Below, one piece after another: positions 47,406 to 58,162 of a stretch of 64,000 bases of DNA; position 1 is the first letter of the stretch; every line of letters begins with the position of its first letter. Origin of the DNA: a virus; IMG/VR virus record IMGVR_UViG_3300012922_000007, positions 14,531 to 78,530 of that record; one strand, given 5' to 3'. The notes under the pieces were generated by a model, which saw nothing but the letters and a program-made list of their open reading frames with translations, did no database searches and was not told the DNA's origin. The translations under genes and the position numbers were made by a program.

Positions 47406-48003
47406 TAAAGTCTATATTGGACAAACGCAGCGTTCTTTAACTCGTCGGTGGTTTGAACATTGTTGGGAAGCTGATAATGGTTTTACTAGAACTATTTGTA
47501 AAGCTATAAGAAAATATGGAAAAGAATCTTTTAGTGTACTTCCTTTGATTCGCTTTGAAACTTCCGAGGAAGCAAATGCCGCTGAACAATTGTGGATAAA
47601 GGCGCTGAAGACACAGAGAAAAGGTTATAATATATCTCCTGGTGGTCCGGCTCCTATGAAAGGGCGGCATCACACAGAAGAATCAAAAAAGAAACAAAGC
47701 AACAGCATAAGTGGAGAAAAACACCCATTATGGGGTAAAAAACACTCACTTGAGTCTAAAGAAAAGATGAGACAATCTCAGCTTAGAGTAGCAAAACATG
47801 GTAAAGATAAACTCAATTTTCGTCATGACGTTCCGGCCAGCGTAGTAATGATTTTATTTGCTGATGGTATTAAAAGACGAACTATGTCGAGATTGTTAAA
47901 TATAGAAAGAACTAGCTTAGATTCTAGAATTAGAAGCAACAGTTTAGAAAAATTAGCCAAAGAGAACCCTGAAGTTCTTGCGAGGTTAAAAGATAAACTA
48001 TGA
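47344..48003 (+). CDS. GIY-YIG homing endonuclease with NUMOD3 motifs
   Basis: [24 protein letters not shown]; HHTEESKKK and [11 protein letters not shown]. Confidence 0.88.
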   Translation: MTESTKPLTVLLYMIRNRVNNKVYIGQTQRSLTRRWFEHCWEADNGFTRTICKAIRKYGKESFSVLPLIRFETSEEANAAEQLWIKALKTQRKGYNISPGGPAPMKGRHHTEESKKKQSNSISGEKHPLWGKKHSLESKEKMRQSQLRVAKHGKDKLNFRHDVPASVVMILFADGIKRRTMSRLLNIERTSLDSRIRSNSLEKLAKENPEVLARLKDKL

Positions 48004-48176
48004 CTGCTCAAGAAAAGAAAAAGATTCTTCTAGACCGCGCTATTATTAAATACAACGAAACTCGTCAGAAGTTTTATCTAAAACGAATCAAGGCTCTTTC
48101 AGAAAGTCTTGAAACTGGAAATCCTATTACGGTTGTTGATGCTGATATTGAGGTCAAGAATTCTTAAGGGGGCTCT

Positions 48177-48929
48177 GTGAGTGTTCGTCTATTTGTGGCA
48201 GGAGATGTCCATGGTTCGATCCACGAGATGTATCGTATGGTTAAGAAGTACGAGGACAGGGGTCTAAAAATAGATGGGATCGTCCAGGTTGGTGATTGGG
48301 GTGTGTTTGTAGATGTAGGAGATTGGAAAGATTACTGGAGCGGATCATCCATAGCTCCTAAACCAACTCTTGTAATTATGGGAAATCATGAAGATCCGAG
48401 GGCAATTCTAGATTGGCAAGCAGCTCCAAATCAAGTTCCTAACATTACCCTCGCACCAGACGGGAAGATTACAGATTTCCTAGGTGTGCGACTAGCTTGC
48501 GTATGGGGTAACTACAGTCCAATAAGTTACATGAACCCGGATCGAGTTGTCCAGAACCGGAAATCCGGACAAAATCCTCGAATTGCCGCTCATATCAATC
48601 GTTATGCTGTGGAGAATCTCCTCGCACAGGAGGGACCTATGGACATGCTGATAACTCACGACAGTGCGAGGGTTTCGTTCCCAGCCGGGTTTGGACCTAT
48701 GGACCCGCTTATTGGAGAAATTCTTGGACTACGAGGTCGAGAAGAGATGTCTATGGCTAAAGGCTGTCCGGGGTTTGATGATCTGCTTAGGAAATTTAAA
48801 CCTCGCCACTACCTATTCGGTCATCTTCATTCCTACGAAACTCAACAGATAGGTGGCACGGAATCAACACTGCTTCAATGTATTGAATATAACAAAGAGA
48901 ATAATTTCTTTAAAGTCCTGGAGTTCTAA
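48177..48929 (+). CDS. calcineurin-like metallophosphoesterase
   Basis: GDVHG, GD, GNHE, THD, FGHLH. Confidence 0.9.
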   Translation: MSVRLFVAGDVHGSIHEMYRMVKKYEDRGLKIDGIVQVGDWGVFVDVGDWKDYWSGSSIAPKPTLVIMGNHEDPRAILDWQAAPNQVPNITLAPDGKITDFLGVRLACVWGNYSPISYMNPDRVVQNRKSGQNPRIAAHINRYAVENLLAQEGPMDMLITHDSARVSFPAGFGPMDPLIGEILGLRGREEMSMAKGCPGFDDLLRKFKPRHYLFGHLHSYETQQIGGTESTLLQCIEYNKENNFFKVLEF

Positions 48930-49051
48930 ATGAGTGATCGAACAATGGCAACAATCAGGACTATCGGAGCTATCGCTTCCCCGGTGATCTCGGTTCTGTC
49001 TCTGATAGTCCAACTTTACATACTAACCCATTTACACCGATAGGAGAAAGA

Positions 49052-49471
49052 ATGGCAGGGAAGATCGAGGTCGAATCAAAGGCAATTAGCACTAATCCAA
49101 AAGATATTCTTGGTGCTAAAAAGATCTCACTTACTAAGATTCCTAGCACCGCTTTGCTTCATGAAGCGCAGGCTATGATGAACGGGGCAGATAAATATGG
49201 ATCATATAATTGGAGAGCAAAATCGGTACTTGCGAGTATATATGTGGACGCGGCTCTACGGCACCTCTTATCTTGGTTTGAAGGTCAGGAGGTAGCTGAG
49301 GATAGTGGAGTTCATCATCTCGGACACGCTAGAGCTTGTTTGGGAATTTTGCTTGATGCTCTAGAAACAGGAAATCTCGTTGATGATCGTCCAGTTTGTG
49401 GACAACCAGATTCATTCGATAAAACTCAATCTAGACTGGCAGAGATTGTAAAGAAGAAACGAGGTGTATAG
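49052..49471 (+). CDS. dATP/dGTP diphosphohydrolase-domain (DUF5664-like) protein
   Basis: GADKYGSYNWR, YVDAALRHL..W, DSGVHHLGHA. Confidence 0.85.
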   Translation: MAGKIEVESKAISTNPKDILGAKKISLTKIPSTALLHEAQAMMNGADKYGSYNWRAKSVLASIYVDAALRHLLSWFEGQEVAEDSGVHHLGHARACLGILLDALETGNLVDDRPVCGQPDSFDKTQSRLAEIVKKKRGV

Positions 49472-50091
49472 TGGCTTCAATAGGGATAGATCTTGATGAT
49501 TGTCTTGCGGATTTTATGTCTTCCTTCTCTAAAATAAGCTATAAGCTTTTTGGGAGGCCGGAGCCCGGAATCTTGCCGGTGGACTGGGAGTGGTCCAACT
49601 TTGATCTTACAAAGGAACAGTTAAACGAGGCGTGGAACAAAGTCCGAGAAACATATCTCTTCTGGGAGAATCTTGGGCTGGAACCGGGAGTAACTCCCCA
49701 CAATATTTATGACCTCGAAGAACGTCACGACGTTTTCTTCATTACTGCCAGAGTTCCATCCAGGGGAGATTCTATTAAGAATCAGTCTTGCAACTGGATC
49801 AGGGATAATATTGGCATAGAAAACCCCACAGTATTTGTTACTACTAATAAAGGCCCTCTTGCGGCAGCGTTGAAGCTAGATTATTTCGTGGATGACCGCC
49901 CTAAGAACTGTTTAGAGATCCTTGAGGCCGTGCCTACGTGCAAGATTTACCTCAAGGATTCCAGTCATAATCAACCGTTCAGCGATCCTCGAATTCCTCG
50001 AATTAAAGATATGAATGAATTCGTGGACATTGTTAAGGAGTTAGAGAAAGAGAAAAATATAGAAAAATTAGTCGAACGTATTATCTCGTAA
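49471..50091 (+). CDS. 5'(3')-deoxyribonucleotidase (HAD, NT5C-like)
   Basis: IDLDDCLAD, ITAR, K, FVDDRPKN. Confidence 0.88.
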   Translation: MASIGIDLDDCLADFMSSFSKISYKLFGRPEPGILPVDWEWSNFDLTKEQLNEAWNKVRETYLFWENLGLEPGVTPHNIYDLEERHDVFFITARVPSRGDSIKNQSCNWIRDNIGIENPTVFVTTNKGPLAAALKLDYFVDDRPKNCLEILEAVPTCKIYLKDSSHNQPFSDPRIPRIKDMNEFVDIVKELEKEKNIEKLVERIIS

Positions 50092-53000
50092 GGCCCATCG
50101 ACTTGAGACGGTGATAGTTTTCATCACTCCCTCGTTCGGAAGGGCTTAGTTTCTGTACATAAGACCTGGATTTCTTAAGTAGATCAGGGAGAAGTTTCTG
50201 TTTTTCTTCCTCGGTACTGACGTTCCAAACGTCGAGGAAGTCACCGATATTAAGACGACCCCCTTTGGCTCTAAGAATATCCTCGCGGCCCATTGTTAAC
50301 ACTTGCCTGCGTTCGGTAGGCGTGAACTCATGTAGATCAACGGAATGCCCTGAACGAATTTGATCGGCAGCATCAAGGACTTTATGATGACGTTCGACTT
50401 GAGACGGATCGCTAATACCAGCAGGGAGACGATCATTGAGTCTCTGACTAGCTAGTTTCTCCGCCGCCGTCCTGTTGGCAGAGGGAGAAACTCCAAATCC
50501 TCTCGCTATACTAGTAGCGAAATCATCTTCCTGACTTCCGGTTTGAAACTTTCTAGAAATATCCGGAACAAAGTACTTAAGAAACTGAGATCCTCCACCT
50601 TGTAGAGAAATAGGTGATACGTTGCGAATTGCGTCTCCGATAAGCTGTGTATCACTCATCTTCTTGCCTTGGTCATTTCGCCCGTAAAGAACATCGACCC
50701 CGGTTTTAACAAGCGGATTCAAACGGTTGCGAACGAAAGACTTAGGATCATTTAAAGAATTCCAGACATCCTCTGGCATTGTGCGCATTCCCCAGACTTT
50801 CTTTTCATCAGGGCTGACAACTCCGAACGGATGATCCATGTGCAGTTGTCCATGAAGCAACAGATTAGTAGCCTGCGCCACCAGCATGTTGTACATGGCC
50901 ATTCTAGCAAAGCTTCTAGCAACAATTGACCCCCCTGGCTTGAAGGCTGACATTGTGAAGTCTATTTGTGATCCAGAAAAATCAGGAGCAAGCGCCAACA
51001 TCCGCAGAAAATCGACGGTATTCGCGCTAACTCCAAGAGCCTTCCAATTCAATCCACCGAACGTCGCGTTGGTTAAACGGGCTGCAGTAGTATAAGTCTG
51101 GTGTTCACTCCAATTCGGATTTTGTTCTCGAAGATCACCGGCCATCTTTTCGAAGGCAACGGACTTCAACCGAGGTAACCAGTTTCCGAATAGATGGTCC
51201 TCGGCTTTAGACTGTATGTCTTTCAAATATGGAATTTTCCCAATAAGTCCACCACCGCTGGCTTCGCTATCCGCAGCCGCTCGGTACGACGATCGTTCAA
51301 TGTGATCACCTAGTAATACGAGGCCGTGTGCAGTTCCCTTGGTTGCAGCTAACCCCGCAGGATCAATTTCCTCCGGATGGAAGATTTCATGCAGACTAAG
51401 TCCAGTTTGCAAACCTCGTAGTGCTTCCGTAGCATAGTGGAATGGTGACAGAGATAACAAAGTCTTTTTGGCAAACTGAGATGCTCCGAGGACGGAGTTC
51501 ATCCACGGAGTTCTGCGAACCCACGATGAATCATCGAACGTCTGATTAACTCGTTCTATGTGATCCGGATGAAACATCAAAGCAGTTTTCTTACGAACAG
51601 GCAATTCTACGGGATTTCCTTCTCCGTCTAGCAATACTCCACCATCTGGTCCTTTAGCGAATCCTACATCTGTAACTCTGAAGCGTCCAAAGGTTTTAGG
51701 ACCTTCTACGTAATCGGTCACGTCGAGGTAAGGCTTGCCCTCGTGGTAAATAATGTGGTCAGAATCGGGGTCAATCGCCGATGTATCGTCAAACCGAATC
51801 CCTCGCCTCGCAACAGTTCTTCCAGATTCTATAGTCTGTGGAATATTCCGGATTCTGGACGGTTCGATAGCGACTGGACGCCCGTCTGTGTCGTCGTGTC
51901 GAATTAACTCGTTCTCTGCCTGGACAATACCGTGCGCCGCCCCCATACTACGCTCGTAGTTAGATGCTGCTTCGACCATTCCAATCTGCTTAGGAACATA
52001 TCCCTTCTTCAATGCATCTACCATATTATCGAATCTTCTGGTCTTTAGTTGTCCTGGTTTCTTCGTAGCACGAAGCGTGCCCTCCGATGGACGGAAGGCG
52101 TTTTGTGTCTCGTCCTCGGGATTGTATTGCCTATTGCCAGCATAGTTCTCGCGAGCTTCAGCATCAGGATGTACGAGGCCCGCGCTCTTGGCTTTCTCCC
52201 AATGCTGGTCATAGAACGGACGAAATTCCTCGGCCATGTCTCGAAGTTCTCTAGGTAATCCGAGGGCAATTTCTATATTGCGAAGCTGCTGAGCTTTGTC
52301 CTTGGGACTAATATTATCCAGATTCTGGACTTGTTCTTTAAAGTCTCGAAGATTCTCTAGAGTATTTGGAGAACCTTCTGGTCTCGGCTCGGCTTCGTTT
52401 TTTAGTCCACCCGCCTCGTGATACCATTTCATGGCTACATCGAGATCATGCGGTGTTACTTCAAATCCAGTTGCCTTCGTGACTTCCTGAGCATATTTCT
52501 CTAGAACAGGTTGGTACTGATCTTCCATCTTATTAGCACGTAGTTTGCCCTGCTCTATCTCACTATGCTGAAGATTGTAGGCATCAATATCCGGTGTGTG
52601 ATTATATTTGGACGCTCCCAGTTTAGTTACTAAATGATTAACAGAAGCCGCTGCAAAGACTAATCCTAGCCCTGCTGTAGTAATATGTTCCTCGGCTGCG
52701 TCCCAATCTCCGGTCTTGATATCGGATTGAATCATTGGAACTTGTGCCATGAATCCTCGGATCTGATCCAAGGCGAACCCACCTGTAGCAACCTTATCGA
52801 TAGTTCCCGCCCATTTTCCTACCTGTGCTGCTTCCTCTGCTCCAAACTTCTGCGATACCCAATTGAGTACATTCGAACCAAAGGTTTCCGCTGACGCAAC
52901 CCCTTCTCCAGCAAATCCCGCTTCGGCAGCTTCTGCTAGTGCCGCCTCGCCTGCAGTTGCAATAGACGATGTCCCGGCAGTAGCAAGCATTAGTGCGAGG

Positions 53001-53452
53001 CTAACCGGACTAGTCAACGAAGAAACGAACTTCTCTACACCCTTCTCAATCCCTCCCGCTCCTTCCCTAAATTCTGGAATCCCAAAGTACGTAGAAATAG
53101 GACGAGTGAGAATTGATTCACCAGTTCCAGATCTGTCTTCATAGCTAGGAACCGGTTTACCGAGTTTTTGTTCTTGAGTCTCCGGTTGTTCCCCCGTGGG
53201 AGCTTCTTGAATCTTGGAATCAGGACGAGGGAAAAATTCCTCGAAAGGATTATTGTAAGATTGAGCAGGGGCTGGCGCAGAAGTCTGTGCAGTAGGAGAA
53301 GCAGGAGTTTGACCTTGGGCAGGGAAGAACGAAGAGAACGGATTGTCTCCTGCATTAGAGGCAGCAGGTGCAGAGACGGGTTCTGGCGCAGCCATTTGAG
53401 GTTGCGCCGGAGTTGTTTGAAAATATTCGTCAAACGGGTTGTTTTGTGGCAT
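50081..53452 (-). CDS. large internal virion/DNA ejection protein
   Basis: 1123 aa; repeated NPFxxFF N-terminus; last gene of the virion operon. Confidence 0.6.
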   Translation of the reverse strand: MPQNNPFDEYFQTTPAQPQMAAPEPVSAPAASNAGDNPFSSFFPAQGQTPASPTAQTSAPAPAQSYNNPFEEFFPRPDSKIQEAPTGEQPETQEQKLGKPVPSYEDRSGTGESILTRPISTYFGIPEFREGAGGIEKGVEKFVSSLTSPVSLALMLATAGTSSIATAGEAALAEAAEAGFAGEGVASAETFGSNVLNWVSQKFGAEEAAQVGKWAGTIDKVATGGFALDQIRGFMAQVPMIQSDIKTGDWDAAEEHITTAGLGLVFAAASVNHLVTKLGASKYNHTPDIDAYNLQHSEIEQGKLRANKMEDQYQPVLEKYAQEVTKATGFEVTPHDLDVAMKWYHEAGGLKNEAEPRPEGSPNTLENLRDFKEQVQNLDNISPKDKAQQLRNIEIALGLPRELRDMAEEFRPFYDQHWEKAKSAGLVHPDAEARENYAGNRQYNPEDETQNAFRPSEGTLRATKKPGQLKTRRFDNMVDALKKGYVPKQIGMVEAASNYERSMGAAHGIVQAENELIRHDDTDGRPVAIEPSRIRNIPQTIESGRTVARRGIRFDDTSAIDPDSDHIIYHEGKPYLDVTDYVEGPKTFGRFRVTDVGFAKGPDGGVLLDGEGNPVELPVRKKTALMFHPDHIERVNQTFDDSSWVRRTPWMNSVLGASQFAKKTLLSLSPFHYATEALRGLQTGLSLHEIFHPEEIDPAGLAATKGTAHGLVLLGDHIERSSYRAAADSEASGGGLIGKIPYLKDIQSKAEDHLFGNWLPRLKSVAFEKMAGDLREQNPNWSEHQTYTTAARLTNATFGGLNWKALGVSANTVDFLRMLALAPDFSGSQIDFTMSAFKPGGSIVARSFARMAMYNMLVAQATNLLLHGQLHMDHPFGVVSPDEKKVWGMRTMPEDVWNSLNDPKSFVRNRLNPLVKTGVDVLYGRNDQGKKMSDTQLIGDAIRNVSPISLQGGGSQFLKYFVPDISRKFQTGSQEDDFATSIARGFGVSPSANRTAAEKLASQRLNDRLPAGISDPSQVERHHKVLDAADQIRSGHSVDLHEFTPTERRQVLTMGREDILRAKGGRLNIGDFLDVWNVSTEEEKQKLLPDLLKKSRSYVQKLSPSERGSDENYHRLKSMGLTR

Positions 53453-53466
53453 TCACTATCCCTTGA

Positions 53467-55122
53467 CTAAATGGTTGATTCTTCTTCCTCTTTAGGCTTT
53501 ACACCAACAAGAGGACCTGTTATATCTGTAAACTTTTGAAACCCTTTCTTAAGAGTGTCAAGGGTACTTGGTTCGGCGTATGGATCAAATCCGTGCGATA
53601 TCGCTAGAGAAACGGCTTCCTGAGGAGATTGAGCAGATTTGGCAAACTGCGCTTTCTGTTCTTTCGTCATAGGCGTTCCAGATCTAGGAGCTTTAGGCAG
53701 ATTTTTCTGTAATAGCTCTTGTTGCTGACGAACTGCTTTAGCTTTCAGATCACGTTGTTCCTTTTGTTTACTTTGAGCATCACCAACGGCTTTTGCTACA
53801 GTTGGATTGATATTGCTTACTGCTTGGATGAATTCTTGGTTCATAGCAGAACGCTGACCTTGTAGATCAGACACGTCCGCACCAGGGTCTGCTTTCTGAC
53901 GCTCTTTAATTGCATCATCAATACCTTGGACATTCTGTTTATATAGTGTAGCCAGCGCGGTCTGACCATTCTTCTCGGCTATATCCACAGACTTCTGAGC
54001 CAATGCATCCTGTCTAGCAGCTTGGTGTTTTTCCAGATTAAGCTTACCTTGTTCCATGGCTCGTTTCTGAGCATCGTCAGCAAGCTTCATAATATCTGTC
54101 TGAGATAGTTGAACGCTTTCTTCGAGGCCGTCGGTATAGACTTTCGATCCAACTGCTTTATTGACCTCGCCCTTAGTCATCGTGTGCATCTGTGTAAGAC
54201 TGTTAATAGGCTGGTCGATTAGACGAACTGTAGTGAAATCGAGGGGATCGACGGGTTTTCCTGTTTCTTTATCTATCCAGTTTCCGGTATCGTCTACGTG
54301 TGCTGTCGTAGGCATAGATGTGGTGTAAACTGGAACACGCACATGCTGGCTATCTCCTGCAACTGCAAGATTAGGATTCTTCTTTAGCGCAGCTTCCAAT
54401 GTCCTCGCATTAGCCGCTTGACCATTAATATTCTTGCCATCAACTACGATCTGAGCATCTTTGCCACCTGCAGAATAAGCAGCAGCAGCCATAGATTGAT
54501 TTACAGAGTTCACGTGATCAATATTATCTGCAGGCATGTGATGAATTAGATAAAGACTGTGTGCAGTCTGAATGGTCAGCCCCGCAGTAGCCGCAATCGC
54601 ATGTTGGTGCTCATCAGAATACTTCTGCATCTTAGCAGTTTCTTCGGCCTTCTTCTGTCTTAACTGAGTATTCTGAATCTCTTGCTGCCGTTGTTTTTCA
54701 TTCTCATCGAGACCGCGCTGAACTGTCGAAGACGCTCCCTTAGCAAAGCCCTCGCCAAATCCGTGGGCTTGTGTTCCTGCTCCTAGAATTCCGCTAAGCA
54801 GCATTCCTCTAAAGAGTTGACCTGGCTTCTGTTCAACTGGAACTTCTTTAACAGATCCGTCAGGCTGTTCCTGCCATTGAGTCTGAGTTCCCATAACAGC
54901 TTTAACCAGACGACCAACCATGGAATGATGAGCTTCATCAATCTGTTGAGCTTGGTTGGGTTGAATCTGGGATTCCGAGGGCATCGGCAGCATACTGGAT
55001 GTAGGGTCCGGATTCTGGATATTTATTGAAGGAGTTGTAGGAGGCAATAATAGTCCTGGAGCCGGAGTTCCAACACTGGCCTCGGGTTGCAATTGATCTG
55101 GCAAGGGATTAAACTGAGCCAT
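53467..55122 (-). CDS. internal virion/ejection protein
   Basis: Gln/Ala-rich helical protein with a Gly-rich hydrophobic patch; position in the operon. Confidence 0.55.
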   Translation of the reverse strand: MAQFNPLPDQLQPEASVGTPAPGLLLPPTTPSINIQNPDPTSSMLPMPSESQIQPNQAQQIDEAHHSMVGRLVKAVMGTQTQWQEQPDGSVKEVPVEQKPGQLFRGMLLSGILGAGTQAHGFGEGFAKGASSTVQRGLDENEKQRQQEIQNTQLRQKKAEETAKMQKYSDEHQHAIAATAGLTIQTAHSLYLIHHMPADNIDHVNSVNQSMAAAAYSAGGKDAQIVVDGKNINGQAANARTLEAALKKNPNLAVAGDSQHVRVPVYTTSMPTTAHVDDTGNWIDKETGKPVDPLDFTTVRLIDQPINSLTQMHTMTKGEVNKAVGSKVYTDGLEESVQLSQTDIMKLADDAQKRAMEQGKLNLEKHQAARQDALAQKSVDIAEKNGQTALATLYKQNVQGIDDAIKERQKADPGADVSDLQGQRSAMNQEFIQAVSNINPTVAKAVGDAQSKQKEQRDLKAKAVRQQQELLQKNLPKAPRSGTPMTKEQKAQFAKSAQSPQEAVSLAISHGFDPYAEPSTLDTLKKGFQKFTDITGPLVGVKPKEEEESTI

Positions 55123-55525
55123 TATACTTCTCCTTAGACGAATCCAGGAAATAACTTAGTGGAGTGTCTTTGCTGATATCTTGATCCTTAAGCGCCCGAC
55201 GTAGGAAAGAGACTACGTTGCTAATTCCGCCTGGTTCCTTGATCCCATAGACGCCAAGCAGATTGGTAAGTGTATCTGTGGGCTTTAACCCCGCTCTGGA
55301 ATTGCCTTCGAGCTTAAGCTGAGCATCGAAGCAGGCAGCCTTGTAGCCACTAAGCCACGAGGTAAATACACGACGACCTTGTTCGTCAGTCTCGTGTTTA
55401 CCTGGACGAGCGAAGCTTCGAATCATTAGGGGATTACGAAGGTTGTAACACTGCGATTCCGGATCGTTCGCACCGTTTACTTTGGCAAGCGCGTCAACCA
55501 CGGCTTCAATTCTATTAACTGGCAT
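55109..55525 (-). CDS. putative virion-associated lysozyme-like protein
   Basis: RNPLMIR..GRRVF.S..SGYKA..TLTNLL..Y resembles the NNPGNIR family. Confidence 0.4.
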   Translation of the reverse strand: MPVNRIEAVVDALAKVNGANDPESQCYNLRNPLMIRSFARPGKHETDEQGRRVFTSWLSGYKAACFDAQLKLEGNSRAGLKPTDTLTNLLGVYGIKEPGGISNVVSFLRRALKDQDISKDTPLSYFLDSSKEKYNGSV

Positions 55526-55540
55526 AATTTCTCCTAGCCA

Positions 55541-56290
55541 TTAAGTTTTAGGTGCTCCACCTGAACCGGGGAGTTTGAATCCGCCTGTAGCCCAACCACC
55601 AGCAACCGATCCTGCGACACTTCCAAGAATACCACCTACAACCCCTGCCGTAGTTGGCTCCGTTGCCATAGCGTGTTGTGCCTCGAACGTGTCCCTCGCA
55701 CCGGACAACGCCTGGGAGCTATAAGCAGTAGGATCTAGAATCTGTGCGGACTTCTGACCAATTCCTACAGCGTTCAGATAGTTCTCGCGACCTGTTTGCC
55801 ATCCTGCAGTAGTAATACCCAACTGTTGCGAGGCTTCTTGCGCGGCTGCTCGATTAGCTGCTTCAGCTCGTAGAGTCGCAGCAGTTCCAGAGGGGAGGAA
55901 CTTGTTCCCTCCCCCCACTGCCGCCAGCGCTTCGCCAGTGGCCTGCCGAGCCATCTTATAAGCTCCTGCTGTTCCCTCGGAAGCTTGTGTGCGAAGTGCG
56001 GCATCTTGCTGCGCCGAGAACCCGTATTGACTCGGTCCTGCAGCAATCGTAGCTTTAATACTTTTATCTATGTTATCGAGGATAGCTTGCTGGCCTGCGA
56101 AAGCTGTGCCGAAAGAACCCTTAAGAGTATCAGTCATCTGCTGGAGATTGTTGGCCGCGTTCTTTTCCTCGCCAGTAACTTTACACAGGGCCACAGGACC
56201 CTGGTGTTCTACTGACTCACGATAATCGGCTGGTTTTCCAGTCATAAAATCTTCCATCGAATTCCAGACAGCTTTGGTTGTTATAATCAT
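55541..56290 (-). CDS. DNA pilot/ejection-type protein
   Basis: Ala/Gln-rich with a Gly-rich hydrophobic C-terminus. Confidence 0.5.
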   Translation of the reverse strand: MIITTKAVWNSMEDFMTGKPADYRESVEHQGPVALCKVTGEEKNAANNLQQMTDTLKGSFGTAFAGQQAILDNIDKSIKATIAAGPSQYGFSAQQDAALRTQASEGTAGAYKMARQATGEALAAVGGGNKFLPSGTAATLRAEAANRAAAQEASQQLGITTAGWQTGRENYLNAVGIGQKSAQILDPTAYSSQALSGARDTFEAQHAMATEPTTAGVVGGILGSVAGSVAGGWATGGFKLPGSGGAPKT

Positions 56291-56700
56291 TGTTTTTCCA
56301 AGTCCGAAATACGGACACGGTACACTGGAACATTAATTCTTTCAAATAACTGATTCTCGGCAAAGGTCGAGGTTCTTTCGTCTGATCCTAAGAAGTAAAT
56401 CTCCCCACGACCTTGCAAGTGACACGAAGTCACTAGTGCCTGAACAATTTCTTTCAAGGCTAGAGCTTGTTTCCTGTCCGAGACCTCGGGATTAACACAC
56501 ACCGACTCCATCATTAGGGGAGTCTGGACAGGCATGAATAGTATTACGCCGTCCTCGGAATCATACGCTGCAAGGGTAAAGGTCGATGGGTATTCAATTA
56601 CTTTTGGATCTATCTTATTTCTTTCCAGATTCTGGACAGCCCATTTCGTACATTTGTCGATGTCACGTTTTTCAGCCTGACGCACAAATATATGCTTCAT
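56287..56700 (-). CDS. GNAT-like virion assembly protein
   Basis: VRQAEKRDI N-terminus; position between tail and ejection genes as in podoviruses. Confidence 0.4.
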   Translation of the reverse strand: MKHIFVRQAEKRDIDKCTKWAVQNLERNKIDPKVIEYPSTFTLAAYDSEDGVILFMPVQTPLMMESVCVNPEVSDRKQALALKEIVQALVTSCHLQGRGEIYFLGSDERTSTFAENQLFERINVPVYRVRISDLEKQ

Positions 56701-56961
56701 TTATATTCCTAGTTTCTTAAATACAGTGTGTAGCAGACCAGATATTACTCCGGCTCCGCCTATCGCAACCCATTTCACCTTCTTGAGATCAGATATTTCT
56801 TTTTTCATCTTGTCCATTCCTCCGTCTGTTTCGAAGAACGGAACTACATTGGTTTCTAGAGCGGTTGATCGTTGCCTCAGCTCGGTAAATCCCTCGTTTA
56901 TCTCTTTTCTTGCATCGCGCAGTTCTATTAGAATAAGTTCATTGATGTTTACATCTGACAT
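56701..56961 (-). CDS. small coiled-coil protein with C-terminal TM (holin/XhlA-like)
   Basis: KWVAIGGAGVISGLL tail. Confidence 0.45.
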   Translation of the reverse strand: MSDVNINELILIELRDARKEINEGFTELRQRSTALETNVVPFFETDGGMDKMKKEISDLKKVKWVAIGGAGVISGLLHTVFKKLGI

Positions 56962-56968
56962 AAGGGGC

Positions 56969-58153
56969 CTATTTGTATTCTATTACGGCGTAACAAAAAG
57001 TAATGCTTGGAGTGCTGCTTCCTGTAGATTTATTATCGCCGGTTCCAAAGATAGCAACGGGGGAATTACCACCAATTAAGTTAGTACTTATTGTAGCAAC
57101 GTTTGTTCCATTTATATAAAAATCGACCGACGTTGCTGTTGAATTAGGGAATAATTGAAATACTGTAGACGGGGCTGCAGAAAAAGCTACACCAGTATTT
57201 ACTACGGTTTGAGCAACGTTACTAGTCCCTGTAACAGCCTTCCAAGTAGTATCGGTTGTAGTGCTAAATCTAAACCCAATGTAACCTGCGTTAGGAGTAT
57301 CCGTCGCAAATAGATTGCCGTTTAGGGCTGTTGCAGAAGTCGTTATTCCTACCCAATAACGAAAAGCGGTCGGCCCCGCCATCGCTTGACGAAAGGTATA
57401 TCGACGAGAAGAAAGAAGAGTACTTCGAACAACGGTGTTTACGGTGGAATCTAGCCCTGCTCTCCAAGAACAATCGGTATTGGGGGAAGAGCCCGCGCTT
57501 CCGGTGTACGTACTGCAAGTTCCTTCACTAGCAACGTTTCCGGCAATATGAGCTGTAGTTGCCGTGCTAACGGTTTGAATTCCTTCTATTGCCACTCCGA
57601 AAGGATTGCCTGTAGATCCATCACAATACAGAAAGGAAGTTCCAAGAGACGGAAGGGTTGCTGCAGTAATTCCTCCAGAAGCGGTTATTGTTGTTGCGCC
57701 GCCAGAATTAGAAAGAGTTATATTTGTTCCGGCTACGAGATTTTCAAGAACTTGGTTACTGTTGTTTACTCCGTTAGTCTGTAATGTAATTCTGGGAGCC
57801 GTAGGTTGAGGAACAGGTTGGTTAGGAATCCAGGTGCTTACGTTAAAAGTTCCAGTATCGGGCACTGTTTCGAATTGTGGAGATTCCCATGCTGTTGTTC
57901 CGTCCTGTCGAAACGCCTCGATAATATAGTAAGCACCAATTGGAAGTAGTGGATCTGTGGACCAAACTTGCTGGCCAACAGACACATTTCCGGAATTGTC
58001 GAGTTGAATCCTAACGGGAATTCCTGCTGCAATTTGTGTCGCTGTTGAAGGGTCCTGCTCGTCGTGAGACAAGGTCATCGTTAGATAACCAGAGTCAAGG
58101 ATCTCCCCAGAGCTGCTCTGAAATTTCCCACCACTAAGAGTTACTAACGCCAT
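56969..58153 (-). CDS. tail fibre/receptor-binding protein
   Basis: N-terminal anchor domain shared with 58897-59529; AGTNITLS linker; beta-rich C-terminus. Confidence 0.65.
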   Translation of the reverse strand: MALVTLSGGKFQSSSGEILDSGYLTMTLSHDEQDPSTATQIAAGIPVRIQLDNSGNVSVGQQVWSTDPLLPIGAYYIIEAFRQDGTTAWESPQFETVPDTGTFNVSTWIPNQPVPQPTAPRITLQTNGVNNSNQVLENLVAGTNITLSNSGGATTITASGGITAATLPSLGTSFLYCDGSTGNPFGVAIEGIQTVSTATTAHIAGNVASEGTCSTYTGSAGSSPNTDCSWRAGLDSTVNTVVRSTLLSSRRYTFRQAMAGPTAFRYWVGITTSATALNGNLFATDTPNAGYIGFRFSTTTDTTWKAVTGTSNVAQTVVNTGVAFSAAPSTVFQLFPNSTATSVDFYINGTNVATISTNLIGGNSPVAIFGTGDNKSTGSSTPSITFCYAVIEYK

Positions 58154-58162
58154 TTGTTATCC

